Assembly (NCBI RefSeq): GCF_006345805.1
Contig: NC_042997.1
Coordinates: 35,960,001 to 36,024,000, forward strand
Direction of reading: 5' to 3'
Origin: Octopus sinensis
Lineage: Eukaryota
Length of the DNA stretch: 64,000 nucleotides
Made by a program: the position numbers and the translations under genes. Shown in pieces: positions 37,410-51,000 of the stretch (positions within the stretch are counted from its first letter, which is position 1; each line of letters starts with the position of its first letter). Below the pieces are notes generated by a model that saw only the letters and a list, made by a program, of their open reading frames with translations, did not search any database and was not told the DNA's origin.

Positions 37410-38100
37410 AATGCGCGCTGTTTTGGGATCTTTGTTGCGACGGCATTATTGCGCGCTTTATTGCCCCTCCTCCCTGGGACGAGGTCCAGCTTGCTAGGTC
37501 AACTGGTTAGAAGGCGTCATTCAACAAACTGTTCCCGATTTCTTATCGTCTCGTCTTAACCAATTCCAGCGGCTTACCTTCTCCATTATTGCCTGAGGCA
37601 ATTTCTACTCTTCTCCTCTGGAAGCCATCTACTCGCGATACCAGAGGGCGCACACTCTCCTACCCTGATGTAATCTCCAGGGACACAGGCATCCAGCAAC
37701 AGGATTGCTGTATTGCTGTGATGGACCGTGAAGTCTGGCGTAGCATAGTAAATTCCATTTTCTCGACCACGGTCGAACAATGATGATGATGATCTCCACT
37801 ATAATTTGGATATCGCTTATGATGCTATCTGCTTTGCGATGAGTTAGACCTATCGACATCAAGCCTCGCCTCACACTGTTTGCAATGAATTCTCTACATC
37901 CAATTTCCATTAGAAAACGCCATGCTTCTAGCCTGCGTCCTCACATTTTTCGAAGAGGTGTTTATCACAATCGAACATTCGGTTCCAAGCGACATCTATG
38001 ATATCGCCAAGGATAACTTTTAACTTGACCGGGTACACTACTTCTGTTTTCTCTCAGGATATGCAAATATCTTGTTTCCGCGTTATTACAATGGACAAAA
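37410..38100 (-). mobile_element. RLE-endonuclease non-LTR retrotransposon 3' remnant (HERO/NeSL-like), interrupted
   Basis: The minus strand translates KQDICIS*..VYPVKLKV...KHLFEKCEDAG* / MEIGCREFIANSVRRGLMSIG...DIQIIVE. After the insertion it continues KVSRWNWLRRDD. This resembles the PD-(D/E)xK RLE C-terminus (EVGCRGF...ASxWxWL). Confidence 0.6.
37589..37793 (+). mobile_element. 5'-truncated RTE-like LINE 3' end with (TGA)n tail and 8-bp TSD
   Basis: Translates LLLWKPSTRDTRGRTLSYPDVISRDTG...AVMDREVWRSIV, followed by a (tga)n tail. Flanked by ctccatta (37581-37588) and ctccacta (37794-37801). Confidence 0.7.
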
Positions 38101-38306
38101 ATCTTTGGCACCCTGGTAAAACTGCAGCCGCCTCACAATAGCCGTTCCACTTTCCATCGTATATTTGTGTATATATGCGCGCGCGCGTGTGTTTCACGTA
38201 CACATTTTTCAATATAGCAATACGTTTTCACATTTCAGTTTCAGTACTTGAACTTATTCATCCATCAAATCATAAATAAATGCATGCATGCATTCACTGA
38301 TACATA

Positions 38307-39402
38307 CAGGAGTTGGACAAAATAATGGAAATAGCTTAAAATTTTAAACAAATTTATTTTAATGAGGTAAGACCGCCTTTGGTAGTAGTTACAGCTTGAA
38401 TTCTACGAGATATGGACTCGTACAGAGTTTGAATTGTTTCCAAAGGAATTTTTGTCCATTCTTCAGCTAAAACAATCTTTAGTTCTTGTAGTGATGATGG
38501 TGGAGGTTATCTTGTTTTTCTAAAATGCACCATAAATGTTCAATAATATTGACATCTGGGGATTGTGGTGGCCAGATAAAATGTTCAACTTCACTCGAAT
38601 GTTCATCGTGTTATTCAGTAACAAATTTAGCTGTGTGAATTGTTCCATTATCATCCTGAAAGTTTACACCCCCCCCCCCGTTACAGAATCAGTTTCGTAA
38701 ACATAGGATGAATTTGACCGGGTAATATGCTTAAATAGTGTTGACTATCAATTCTGCCATGAAGGGAAACCATTGAGCCGTGGGATCTCCAAGATATAGC
38801 CCCCACCCCCGGTCATCACAGATCCTCCCCCATGTTTAACAGTCGGAAGAAAACTGTCGGGGTCAAATGCTGCCTCCACACGTATACTCGGCCGGTGGTC
38901 GGAAATAAAGTAAAGGCTGACTCGTCCGAGGAATTAACATTCTTCTACTATTCTAGGGGCCAATTCTGTAGATTTTTACTCCACTCTAAGCACTGTGCAA
39001 CGTTTGTTTTTGAAAGTAGTGGTTTCTGATTGCAGCCATCCTATGAAATCCGGCTTAGTGCTGATTTGTTTTGACGAGGGGGATTTTCCCTCTTTCTCAA
39101 AATCTGTCATTACTTTCGAGACAGAACGTCTTGATACACCAAACATTTCGACTGGTTTCGTTACACTATCGCCTGCTATACGAACAATTTTGAAAGTCTG
39201 ATAGGTCTGTCATTTTAATGAATTTTAATTACATTTTCTGACGATATCTGAGAGTAAACATCCATTTTAGCAAAACATATTAAGCAACACTAATAATAAA
39301 TCGAAAAACATAAAATAAAAAAAAGCTTTTGTCGGTTTTATGGATATTTCAAACTTATGATGCGATGATACTAGGTGTTTCCATTATTATGTCCAACCCC
39401 TG
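38307..39402 (-). mobile_element. Tc1-like DNA transposon, decayed, DD36E spacing
   Basis: TIRs caggagttggacaaaataatggaaa / tttccattattatgtccaacccctg with TA TSDs. Minus-strand motifs are GDSVTKPVEMFGVSRRSVSKVM, SDESAFTLFPTTGRVYVWR, TVKHGGGSVM and FQDDN...WPPQSPDVNIIEHLW. Stops and deletions are present. Confidence 0.9.
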
Positions 39403-42400
39403 TACATGCAAATATACATGCGCACATAATTATATAGGTGCACGTATGTACCCTGTTGTGCTTGTCTATTACACATACTTTGCTATGGCAGCATTCTGGC
39501 GAAATTATTACCTGCTGCATTTTTGTGAATCATTATTGCTGTCACAGAATATCCGCTTCCTGCTGCTAATATTTCTCGTGCAATCGTTATTCATTCTCAT
39601 CTTCGTCTCTACGACATCCCTACGACATCAAAACCCATGAAAACATCCCATCACGAGACAAAATTTGTTTATTATATTTCGCATATTTTATCTGTCACAT
39701 GATAACGCCACATGATCATGAAGCTTTCTTTTATTCTGTCTCCGGGTTGTGAAAAACTGATCTACTTTTTTCTCGTAAGTACAGTCGTATCCAGTTACTA
39801 AATTTGCTGCAGCTGACATACTTATGCTTCTGGAGACATCATATTGTGCCGTATTTCTGTGTGATGTAACTCCTTAAGTCATCCTTTTTTAAAAAAGAAA
39901 TTCCTCTTAAAACTTTAATGGGTTTGTTGTTCGTGACTGCAATATGGCATAGAAATCCCAGCGACCTCGTGAAGTAACGCTGCACTTTCAAGTCACTAGC
40001 TCAATGAGGCAGCATTCTTTTTGATTATTTCTTTCATTTTCTGTCTTGCATTCTTTTTTCTCGAAAATATTACCTTGGTCTATTGTGCATGTGCATGTAA
40101 ATATAAGTCATCCTATCTGGTAGATAAGCAAAATTTGTATTTCTAGTGATAACTTCCGTACTAACTGAATACGATCCAATGAAGCATAGTTTCTACTCTG
40201 AAAACAGTAACTGTTACCTCCCGAAGTTTAGCATTAACCGATACTGTAATTTTGACCTCTATGTTAAGTTACTCTGACGACACAAGCAGACGCATTCGTG
40301 AGTGTAAGAGTGTGAATGAGGCTGCTGGACAAAGAAAGCACACATATAAAGCTAATGTGTGCCTGTATATTCCGTATCTTTGTGTTTGAGAATAGGTGTA
40401 ACTAAGTAAATATTATGATTTTTGATGGAAAAGAAATTAAATGATGTATGGCAGCTCCGAATTGTCAGAAACCATTTAGTGTTCTTTGCAATCTGAAATT
40501 CAACCACGCTGTTTTCCCTTTCCGTTTCAATATCGAAGAAAATCAAACGCCTATTCAGATACTTTATATTCTTGAGTAAAATTTTAGGATAAAGGACAAT
40601 TGTTTTTAACAGATTTGTATCGTACACTTATGCGGGGAGACAATGCAGGTTTGATGAAAATGTCTGTATCTATTCAGCGAGTTAACTTGAAAACATAAGC
40701 AAGCGAAACAGAAAATAACCTTTGTATAAGATATTCAAATTTGAAGTGCATAGCGCTCATCAGTGAAGTTATTTGCGTAGTTTATTGACTTGTAAGCATA
40801 GAAATGGTACACACTTAACAATCATGACCAACGAAATACAAAAAATTGAAAATTTGTGAAACATATGCAAAATTTTAGTAAGAAATAGAAATAAAACGAA
40901 AGTGGCAGATACATGTATCGTTTCATTTTGAAGGTTATGCAATATTTATATCCAGTTATGGACACTCGACCCGTTGTGAATTAGTTTACAAATTCTGTTA
41001 AAAGTTATGAATCTAATCTGATTGAATAAACCGACATTAAAACTGACATCATTATTTAACTTTCTAAAGAATTATGCAGGGTATTTAAAAGTCCCACAGT
41101 AGGATAATCCATCAATAATATCTAAGTTCGGACGAATTAGCAAACTTTTTTCAAGGTCTGAGTTGATATTTTCTATGTCAAGAAAGGTTTTTCGTTTTCT
41201 ATATTTACACAACTTCCTAAGAAGTAGAAATTACTGACAAGTAATTGAATTGTGGGTATGATCTTAAGAGAAATCAGTCTTCGTGAGGGTGTAAATTCCG
41301 GGCGAGTGTCTAAATAGCAAGAGATGACACCCCACGTCTCTACCATTTATCCAGTACAAGAATCAATCTGAAAGTCATGATTCTAAAATACTCTAAGCAT
41401 TTTCTTACTTTTTGTGTTAAACACACAATACCATATCTAAATTTAAACAGCGTATGCTCTTAGTACGCTCTTATTGAAATATAGAAATTATTGGCCGAGT
41501 TAAAACTATTCAGTTCGTTACGAAAATTTATGTAAGAGTGAAATTCGATCCAAAGATGCAACCTTTCATTTCTTTTGTTATATTAACAAGAGCATAAATA
41601 TTCCCGTCTATTTCAATTCTTCGTGTCATACAGCGTCTCTTTTTCATAAAAGAAACTCAATATCATCCTGTATTTAAAGTCCAACCCAACTATCATGTTA
41701 TGCAAGAATAAAAGTAAGAATTGTAAAATAATTATGATTAAATTAATTATCTCTATCATCAATTGTTTCATTCGAAATACTAAACGGTCATAAAAATCGA
41801 TCTCGATCCGTATTACCGGATTAATTTTCAATCCGATTGTAAATATCATGAAACAATTTCAGTTAATCTTCAGAAATGAAATCTTGCATTAAAAGGTCAA
41901 CGTATGATTCTTTTGTGAACGTTCCCAACAGTGTACAATTTTCTTATCTTTGACATTTATAATGTAATTTCTATACACCGTGCATTCAAAGATTTTTACG
42001 AGACGGGTGAGAGTGGGACAGGAATATAGAAGTCATTTAAGTTTATTCGCAGTTGCATGCTTAGTAACAAAAACATATGTATCTAATTTCAGCTGCAATT
42101 GGCATTTGCTATGGAAATCGAATCGGAAATCTTATTGAGGATTTTACAATTTTATGGTAACTGATATATCATCATGTTTTTTTTTTTTTTCAATATTCTA
42201 ATTGCATTGAAATAACTTCAGAGAGAATGATAAACTCCGCTTTATGAAAACAGCTCATGTGAAAGTTAAACCGCGCATTAAATTTCGAAGCCTGTTTGAT
42301 ACAATTAGATTAGTTATGATTCTCTGAACAGAATATATGTAAACTATGGTAACATAAACTATTCTTCATCGAATTTCGATTAAAAATACTGCATTACAAA

Positions 42401-43593
42401 ATATTAATACTCTTTCATAAGATAGTAAATATCAAGAAGTATGGTGCGACTTTTATGTTTCCTGAAAAAGATGAACGAAAGGAATTAGTTTAGACAGAGT
42501 ACTGAAATGTACGCTACTTTCTCTAAAATGTTCTCATAAAAGGACACCAGAAAATTAATATTACATAATGCGAACAATCTCAACAGATAGGTAAACTCTT
42601 GTATATTATACAAAGAATTGAAGATAAATATATACTAATATTGGTTACTCAAAAAAAAAAGATCTATGTTCGATACAAAACAGGAATAATTATCTATTTG
42701 AAGATAATTTAAAAGAATGAGAGCAATAAATTACCTGATATATTTCATATCCAAAACAATTGAAAATGTAACGTCTATTAAAATATCGAAGTTTGTGTAA
42801 ATATACATAAGACATTTTGTTAGAAATATGTTTCGCATTTTCGTTCATTATATTTACTGAATAATTTTCATAAGTTTTAGATAACGCAATGGCAACGTAT
42901 GAAATCGCATTATATTCTTATAATGACAGGAAACATATTACAATGAGTCAACCTATTTCTGGGACGATATTTTACGTCATATCGACAATTGATATTTGAA
43001 AGGTATATTATATACAAGATGGTATAGTTTACCTAAAACAGAAGCACTAATTTGTGGTATATATTTTGTATAACTTTCATCTTTATAAAGTTACCTTATC
43101 AATTTTCACGGTGAATATATCAAAAATGAGACTTGCATTATGAGGAAATTTGTTTTCATTAATTATGTATTTGAATATTAGTAATATATTAACTATATCA
43201 ACAATGAGAAAAAAATTAAAATATTTCGAGGTATATAACAACACAATATTCGTTTAGCGATTAATTCTATGAACCAAGGAATGTTGAAAGCTTACGCTAG
43301 CCATAACTGGAATTTGAACTCAGAACGGAGAGAGGAATAGATAATGCAATAAAATTTATGTACAGTATTATTACAAACATTGTACAGTATTATTGCAAAC
43401 TACACTGGCAGAACGTTTTTATGAATATCATTTCGATTAGAAATTCGTTTGATACATAAAAGTACGTAATCTTCATGATGTTTGCTGGAGTTGCATATCA
43501 TTTCATATTTAAAATTGCGGTATCATTTGTACTCATATATTTATCGTCGGATATTTTACGGAGGGTGTTATATATATATATATATATATATAT

Positions 43594-43748
43594 ATTTCTT
43601 TACTACCCACAAGGTGCTAAACACAGAGGGGACAAACAAGGACAGACAAACGGATTAAGTCGATTACATCGACCCCAGTGCGTAACTGGTACTTAATTTA
43701 TCGACCCCGAAAGGATGAAAGGCAACGTCGACCTCGGTGGAATTTGAA
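43594..43748 (-). mobile_element. 5'-truncated family A SINE between (TA)n arrays
   Basis: Reverse complement of the central domain and tail. Confidence 0.85.
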
Positions 43749-43784
43749 TATATATATATATATATATATATATCAGTAAATAAT

Positions 43785-45345
43785 TTGAAAATGCACAGAG
43801 AATATATTAGTATTAATTAGAATTTAATTAAGTTTTATGGTATGTGGAATGCACAAAAAAATTATGAACCGCTTCCTGAACTTATAAGTGTGACACGCAA
43901 ATTCGTGAAGCTTTCCACATTTTAAAATGTAGTGTTCTAAGTTTTGAAATATAATTAAATATTAGGTTGTTTTACATGAAATGTTGTATCTGAAAGGTAA
44001 CAATGAATTTAAAAAGAAATTCATATTTTGCTGTGATAAATTGTCCGAGTGCTTAAATTACGTATTTTATATTTAAGAATGTTTTATTGCTTATGAAAAG
44101 TTCAGAATGCTTAACTAAGAGCTGATCAGTAGGAGAGATATCAGAGTAATAGGGAGGATGTTGCAAAATCTCATAATTGAAGCTTTGTAACTTTTGGACC
44201 GTAGTTTGGACTGTGAGGACGTGCATCGTCGTGGAGCAATATTGAGCCATCTCTATTCTCTAGTCTGAGTTGCTTCTTTTTCAAATTCTCATGCATACAA
44301 TCAATTTCCTGGCAATACTGTGTTACTGTTTCCGTTTTTCCTTGTTGCAAAAATGAATAAGGAATAACTTCTTTCGCAGACAAGGATACATTGACCACTA
44401 ACTTTTAGGGTGCGATGGTGGGTTTGGTTAGTGTCTAGATAAATCTTCTGCATCTAATCAGTGTTCTGTTCTCCTTGCTGTTGTCAAAGAGTATCCATTT
44501 CTCATCACAAGTAATGATTTGATGCAAAAGAGTCCTTTTCCAGTCGAGAAAACAATAAGGAGCACACATTGTCCACTAACTTTTAGGGTGCGATGGTGGG
44601 CTTGGTTAGTGTCTAGATACATCTCCTGCATTCTAATCAGTGTCCTGTTCTCCTTGCTGTTGTCAAAGTATGTCCATTTCTCATCACAACTAATGGTTTT
44701 ATGCAAAAGAGTCCTTTTCCAGTCTAGAAAACAATAAGGAGCACACATTGAGGCGTTTTTGAATCTCGTTTTTGAATCTCGTTCAGTTGATGTGGAAGAA
44801 ACCTTTCCATTTTCTTAACTTTTCCAATTTTTTTACATGTATCCAAAAACAGTTGTGTGAGATGTTTTGAATTCTGACGAACGTTTTCGAACCTTAGTTC
44901 TCAGACTTTGTTCAACCAAAGCATTTAATCCATCATGCCGAATAACTGATTTTAGCTTAATTCTTGCTTTATGTTCATGGCTATCATCTCTTGAACGAGA
45001 GTTTTGTGACCCTCCCTGAACAGTTCTGATATCACCAAAACCATTATCAAAGGCCCGCTTAATATTCTGTAGAACCTCGGCGGCAGAGTGACCCAGTTTG
45101 TACTAATACGAGAAAATCACTCAACATAGTTGGTTGTTATCATTTTCATAAGGTTTGTGGGCACGAATTTTGTATACCAATATTGTTGGGTGGACTGGGG
45201 AAGTCAAGATTAAACGCAAGGTATACCTAGTTGTGTTGTTACGAGATGCGAATAACAAATAATTAAAAATGCAACATTTCATGTGCAGCAACCTAATATT
45301 AATTATACATTAATTAATTCTAATATATTATCTGTGCATTTTCAA
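43785..45345. repeat. Outer ~47-bp inverted repeat enclosing the mariner element
   Basis: ttgaaaatgcacagagaatatattagtattaattag (43785 onward) versus ttaattctaatatattatctgtgcattttcaa (ending 45345). Confidence 0.55.
43962..45296 (-). mobile_element. mariner (DD34D-type) transposon, decayed, with internal tandem duplication
   Basis: TIRs ttaggttgttttacatgaaatgttg / caacatttcatgtgcagcaacctaa with TA TSDs. Motifs CDEKW (twice), LLHDDARPH and HPPYYSDISPTD on the minus strand. Confidence 0.9.
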
Positions 45346-45386
45346 CTCCATTTCTACAATTCCATCACTTACATAGATTAACGACA

Positions 45387-45455
<69 letters not shown>

Positions 45456-46879
45456 AGTATATACATTTATATATGTATATTTATATATACATATACATAC
45501 ACATATACATGCAAAAATATATTTCTTCCTTTTTATCTTTGTCTCTCAAACTCTCTGTATGTGTGTATCTATCTCTCTCTATATATATAGATAATTAAAA
45601 CACAATAGACTAAATAAAAATATTTCGATGCGATATCGAAATAACCTGATATGCAGTCTCTTTCCTGGGGGAGAATCAATGGATATGTAATGAACATATA
45701 TAAACAGTGGCATTAATAAACTTTATAGCGATAATACTAGCTCCTGCAGATGGAAAATATTATTTACCATTAGGGATGATTTGAGAACGCTCAAATTCGA
45801 AAATAAACGATAGAATCCAATTGAAGCATACATATGGAGATAGAATGTCCATACCTATTTAATGTTAGATGCTCATTTACTATAATTATCCAATAGGAAT
45901 AATAACTGCACTGATATTAAACACGGTAACAAAAAGGAAGGAAAATGGTAAAATTGACTCTGGAATATTTTCCTCTTTAATTGGAAACATGTTCCTATAA
46001 AATAGCATACGTGCCATACATTATATATTGCATCAATTAGAACGTACTTTTCGCTGTAGTGGTTTCAATAATAACAAAAAAATACTGTAAATAACAGATA
46101 TGTCATCATTGAAGATTTATGTGTTTTAAAATAATACAAAATGAATAAAAAAATAAATTATAGATCGTAAATGCTAAACTCACCAATGTTATAATGTTTA
46201 TGTTAAAAGAATGCCAATCTGTATTAAAACACTCATAAAAGAATTCATCTGTATTTAATTTATGTAGCATATTTATTTTGTATGGCAGGTGTTTTACAGG
46301 TTTATTATACACGTATTTATGTATAAGTGCCTTGCCTTTTATGTGTTCGCGTGATATGTGAGTGTGTGAATGTTTAAGTGTGCAATGATCTGATAATGTA
46401 TGTTTTATAAATTCATCAGCGTTAGAATACAGTATTTATCTAAATTGTATAAATGCATTGTGTTATAAGCAGTATATATGCATGTACATGCGTTTGTATA
46501 TGTGTGCGTGCGTGCGTGCGTGTATTCAGAGAGAGAGAGAGAGAGAAGGGAGCGATCGAGCGAGAGAATCTGCCTCCAATGACATCAGACCTGGAGTCCC
46601 GTTACTCTCCTTCACGTCTTACATATTTGGCTTTTCGAAAGCTTTGTGACAGGAATGAATTAGAAGTAATATGTTTGAAAACCGTCAGGGGAATGCATGA
46701 TAGGGTCAACTCTATTAAATACTTTGTCACACCGACTGAGCTTCGAATTCTGATCAGCGAATATGGCACCAATGGGAATATTTGCCAATTTCATGTTAAT
46801 CTAAAATGTTTTTCTTTTGATGGAAGAAATATATGGTCAGGAATAAGAAACACCTGATATACATTAGTTTTTAGCATCA

Positions 46880-47870
46880 TATACGTTTCAGATGCCTTGG
46901 GGTGAAGAAGAGCACTCAATACTGGTGGGGGGTAGATCTGTTGTGGTAAATGAGTACTCAATACTCAATACTGGGTTCAGTAGATCTGCTGTGGCAAATG
47001 AATAATACCTTAAATCAGTGTTTCTCGGACTTTTCGTACCAAATGGTAATATCGTCCACCTGTCGCCCACCTGTGTAAAAATAAATCCCTGACACAACCC
47101 CTCGCCAACACAAAATCCCCTCGCAAAACACCCCCGTGTATTACTAATGAATATTGTCCTGGTGTTAAATGGGTCGCATATCGTTTGTATCTTTTTGGAG
47201 AGAACTTTCACAAAGGGTATACAGACTGTGGGCAGTTTATCAGTTTCATCCCCTCTTTTCTTCATATTTGGAGTGGATAGTATGATTTCGGGGTAGTTGT
47301 TGCATAATAGACTGCTATTGAGTGGTTGTATACTGTCAACTTAACGTGACAGTCCTGTGAGGTAATTACACCACCGCTGTTTAGCCCTAGGAAGCATCGA
47401 CGCTTCCTGTCGGCCTTGACACATTTCCTGTGTCTTATATATTTACGAAGGGGAGACAAATACCCCCAACAGCTAGGCCTGCATCTAGAGACATGCAGGT
47501 TTCTGGGTCTTTGCCCATCATCGGTCTAGAGTAACAGAGGCCTGCTAGCTGAAGATATCTTTCTAGACTTCGTAAATATATATATTTGCTATTGATGTTG
47601 ATCATTTCTTCGTGGTGTGTATCCCGATCACTACTTATATTCTTTGCACGATGTCTTAGGCGCTGAGCAATTCCTCACTTTAAACTATATGGATGGTGGG
47701 AATTGAAGTTCAAGTATCGTCCAGTGAAAATCGGTTTGCGGGATACGGATGTCTTGAATCCATACTTGGTGCGTGTTATCAATACGTCGAGGAATACTAG
47801 CTGATGGCTTTTTTTTTTCTTTTCCATTGTAAACTGTATGGATGGCTTTATTGGGTTCACATAATAATAA
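46880..47870 (-). mobile_element. 5'-truncated Penelope-like element RT/thumb/linker remnant with insertions
   Basis: PSIQFTMEK...LVFLDVLITR...FKTSVSRKPIFTGRYLNFNSHHPYSLK*GIAQRLRHRAKNISSD, and linker TVCIPFVKVLSKKIQTIC...TRTIF. These are classic PLE RT C-terminal motifs. Confidence 0.85.
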
Positions 47871-48030
47871 CATCGAAAAATACCTTCGGAATGCGAAACC
47901 AGGTTCGAAATTTCCTCAAAAAACCTGATGAATGCTGGAGTGTATATCAGCCGAAACGTTGTGTCAACAACGAACAAGATGAGAAGAAATATCTGTCAAA
48001 TGTAAATAATGTAAAAAAATGTAAGCAATG
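47871..48030 (+). mobile_element. Inverted PLE terminal repeat (pLTR-like) joined to the truncated 5' end
   Basis: The minus-strand RT homology stops abruptly at ~47870. The plus strand then carries an HHR motif and a PLE-type terminus. Inverted pLTRs at truncation points are established PLE architecture. Confidence 0.6.
47921..47964 (+). ncRNA. Minimal type I hammerhead-ribozyme-like motif
   Basis: CUGAUGA (47925-47931), then A-U, GCUG/CAGC stem II with a 10-nt loop, C, GAAAC-GUU (palindromic ACGU stem III), and a weak stem I AAAC/GUGU. Confidence 0.6.
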
Positions 48031-51000
48031 CAATTTTGTGCGATGCAATGAACCCGTTATTCTCCTGTTTACTAGTTTCCTGGAGTAGCATCTTCAATGT
48101 TTTTATTTGCTTTTTCATGGAGGAGTTCAGTATGATAATGGCGTGTCTTTCTTGTCAGAATGCTTTGCAGCAAAGTGATACTTCAAGCGTAAAGGTTTCA
48201 TTGCTTTGTTGGTAAATATTTAATGGCAAGGAAGGCACATTGGTAGCTGACAATTCTGAGGAGAGAGAATAAATCCAAACGATAAATAATCTCTACTGTA
48301 CTGTCGACAAATTTTCTTTACTGGAGGCATCAGTAAAGTGAAATGTGAAAACGAATTCCTACAGGCGGCGTCAGAAAGGCAGCATGGTATTCCCAAAGAG
48401 AAGAAGAAGTCAATAGATCAGATTCAGATGACACATCTTTACTGGAGCAAATAAGGATCTAGTTCTTTTGTTCGGCAGCATTTCAAAAATTAAAGTTTAT
48501 CGAAAATTTAAAAATTTCGCACATTTATGTACCTTCCCAAGTTAAATTGCTGGAGTTACTCAACTTTTTCCAGAAAAATGTTTTTAAAATGTTCTAGAGG
48601 TTAAAAGTTTGATCATTTTCACCCAGTCAACAAACACTGTTTCAAAATATGCGTTACAGCACAGTTTGCCAATATCCTGAAAATAGCACTTGTGTTTTGA
48701 TATGAAACCACAGAATTACGCACGACATATAACCGCTCATAACTTTCTATATTTTTCAGAAAAAAATTCGCGAATTTGAATTCTATACGCAGGACTTCAT
48801 ACGATGTTGCCAACAAAACAAACTGTGGTAGAGCGTGATTTAAAGACTAGGCCTATTTGGCTGCTATTTCTCTGTGTGGTGTGTGTATATAAATACATAT
48901 TGAAATACGTTTGCTCTTCATTTTCACTTTGCCTCTACTATCAAATACCTAAAAATAGCAGATGCTTTATTTAGGTTTTGTAACGATCAGAAGTTAACGT
49001 TGTTATCCTGGAAGTAGGTATCGTAAATTTACAGATGGTTACTCGTATTGCTTCCTCCAAACTAGAAACAATCGTGAAAACAACATAACTTCTATAATTA
49101 ATAAATACCATAAATGTAACATACGGCAGTGATATTTGATTGAGTATTACATCAAGATTTATTATGGTCACCTACTGATCCCCTCTCATATTTACATACT
49201 CTATAAAATGTTATATATAAGTGCAAGAAGTATGTCTCACTTATCTATCCAAGGAACGAAGTTTAATATCCTCTTCATTTATAAACAAATAATCCCTGAA
49301 AAGTAGCCTTAGTTCAGGATTAGGTGAACCAACTATTATCAGCGCCTCTTCCCAATTTGTTATTAATTTGGTGAAAGGAAATAAAAAAAAAATGTTTTGC
49401 ATCTGTCGATAGATGGAGACATAGTCGTAATAATCAATAATCACCTTAAAACTGACAGCCGAGAAGTATGTTAAAGTTTTTTTTAATGGGATGCGAAGAT
49501 ATTAGAAGTAAAACTGTTTATCTAAACATCAAAGTAGTAGTTTAGAAATGTGGGGTAAGCGCTACATGGAATCCGTTTATATTGGTTTAGGAAACTTCTA
49601 TGAAATGATTGAGAAATAGGCCGAGAATTTAACAGGTGCTATAACAGGTTCCCCTATGCAGATATTGAAGTTCAATGCATACTCGTAGAGTATAACTTAG
49701 ATCTCATCATAGTGCCTGTCTCTATGGACAAGATATGCATAGAATATTGGTTTTTTTAGGAGAATGACTATGTTCTTTTATGAAGAAGATTCGAAGATTT
49801 AAGATACTATTTTGCTATTTGTAGAAGAGATTCTTGTAATACATTTTAGTAAATAATATGTAGGCAGTTAACTGGATCCAAATCAAATATGGTACGAATG
49901 ATAACTAAAGACGCGTGGTTATAATGATTGATTTTAAGTGAAAATAGCAGTGCTGGATCTATAGTATTTCCTTTTCTTTTTACTCTAGCAACCCATTAAA
50001 TGATGTAACACGAAACGCGTTATAATTGCTTATTCTCTATTTCAGAGGAAATAATATCTGTTTAGTATGTATAATCCTTTCGAAGGGTGCAATAAATATC
50101 TAGCAAATGTTTCATGGGATTTGTAATTTCCTCTTGGTAGCATCATGAGTAAAGGCAAAAATATTTTCATTCTACTTATTTCCAAACATCAAAAGAATTT
50201 AGTTGGAGATGAGCATCGAAAATCACTTTCGTTCTGATCAGGAAGTGTCTATTTTAGCAGAAAGCTAAATTAACATAGTCAATTTTCCTCAACTGATACT
50301 ATATATAGAAAGAAAAGAAGGTGGATTTACTTGCGGGGTATACAGCTACATAGAAAATTTATAGTAGCAGTTTTATTGCAATGAAATAAATACGTAACGA
50401 TATTTAGTTTTACCCCTTACATCGTCAGTTCAAATCGTGCCAAGATCACTAAAATTTTATGAGTGATGTAGTGATGTCGATTCCAATTTATAGTTTTGTA
50501 GCTATTTGCAAAATGTGTTATTAAAGCATGACATTATCCGTGGTGGAAGATGTAGAAAATGCACTAAATAAACTATAACCTTATACAAATACACGGAAAC
50601 GATTAAAGCTTCTTATGCAATGAATGACAACTTAATCTTTTGACTGATGATGTGTGTGTAGACAAACACAGACATCGGAATGGAAAGCAAATGACGTAAA
50701 TTGAAATTTGATTCTGCTTTTCCAAGATTAATGACGTGTACTAATTGATATTGACGTAATTACATAAATAATTATGTTGGCTGAAAATGCCTTCAATTAC
50801 ACACATAGAATTTAAAACAACAAAATTCATTAAAGTCAATTCCGTCGTAGACCAATATGCAGAAGGTGCAATCTTCTGTGGGATCACGAACACAAAGATA
50901 CATACAAATAATAACATAGTTAGTGCGTTAAACAAATTTGTCTAGATTCAATTAGCCCTCGGCGATAAAACATGGGGTGTTTATTGATATGTATATCATG

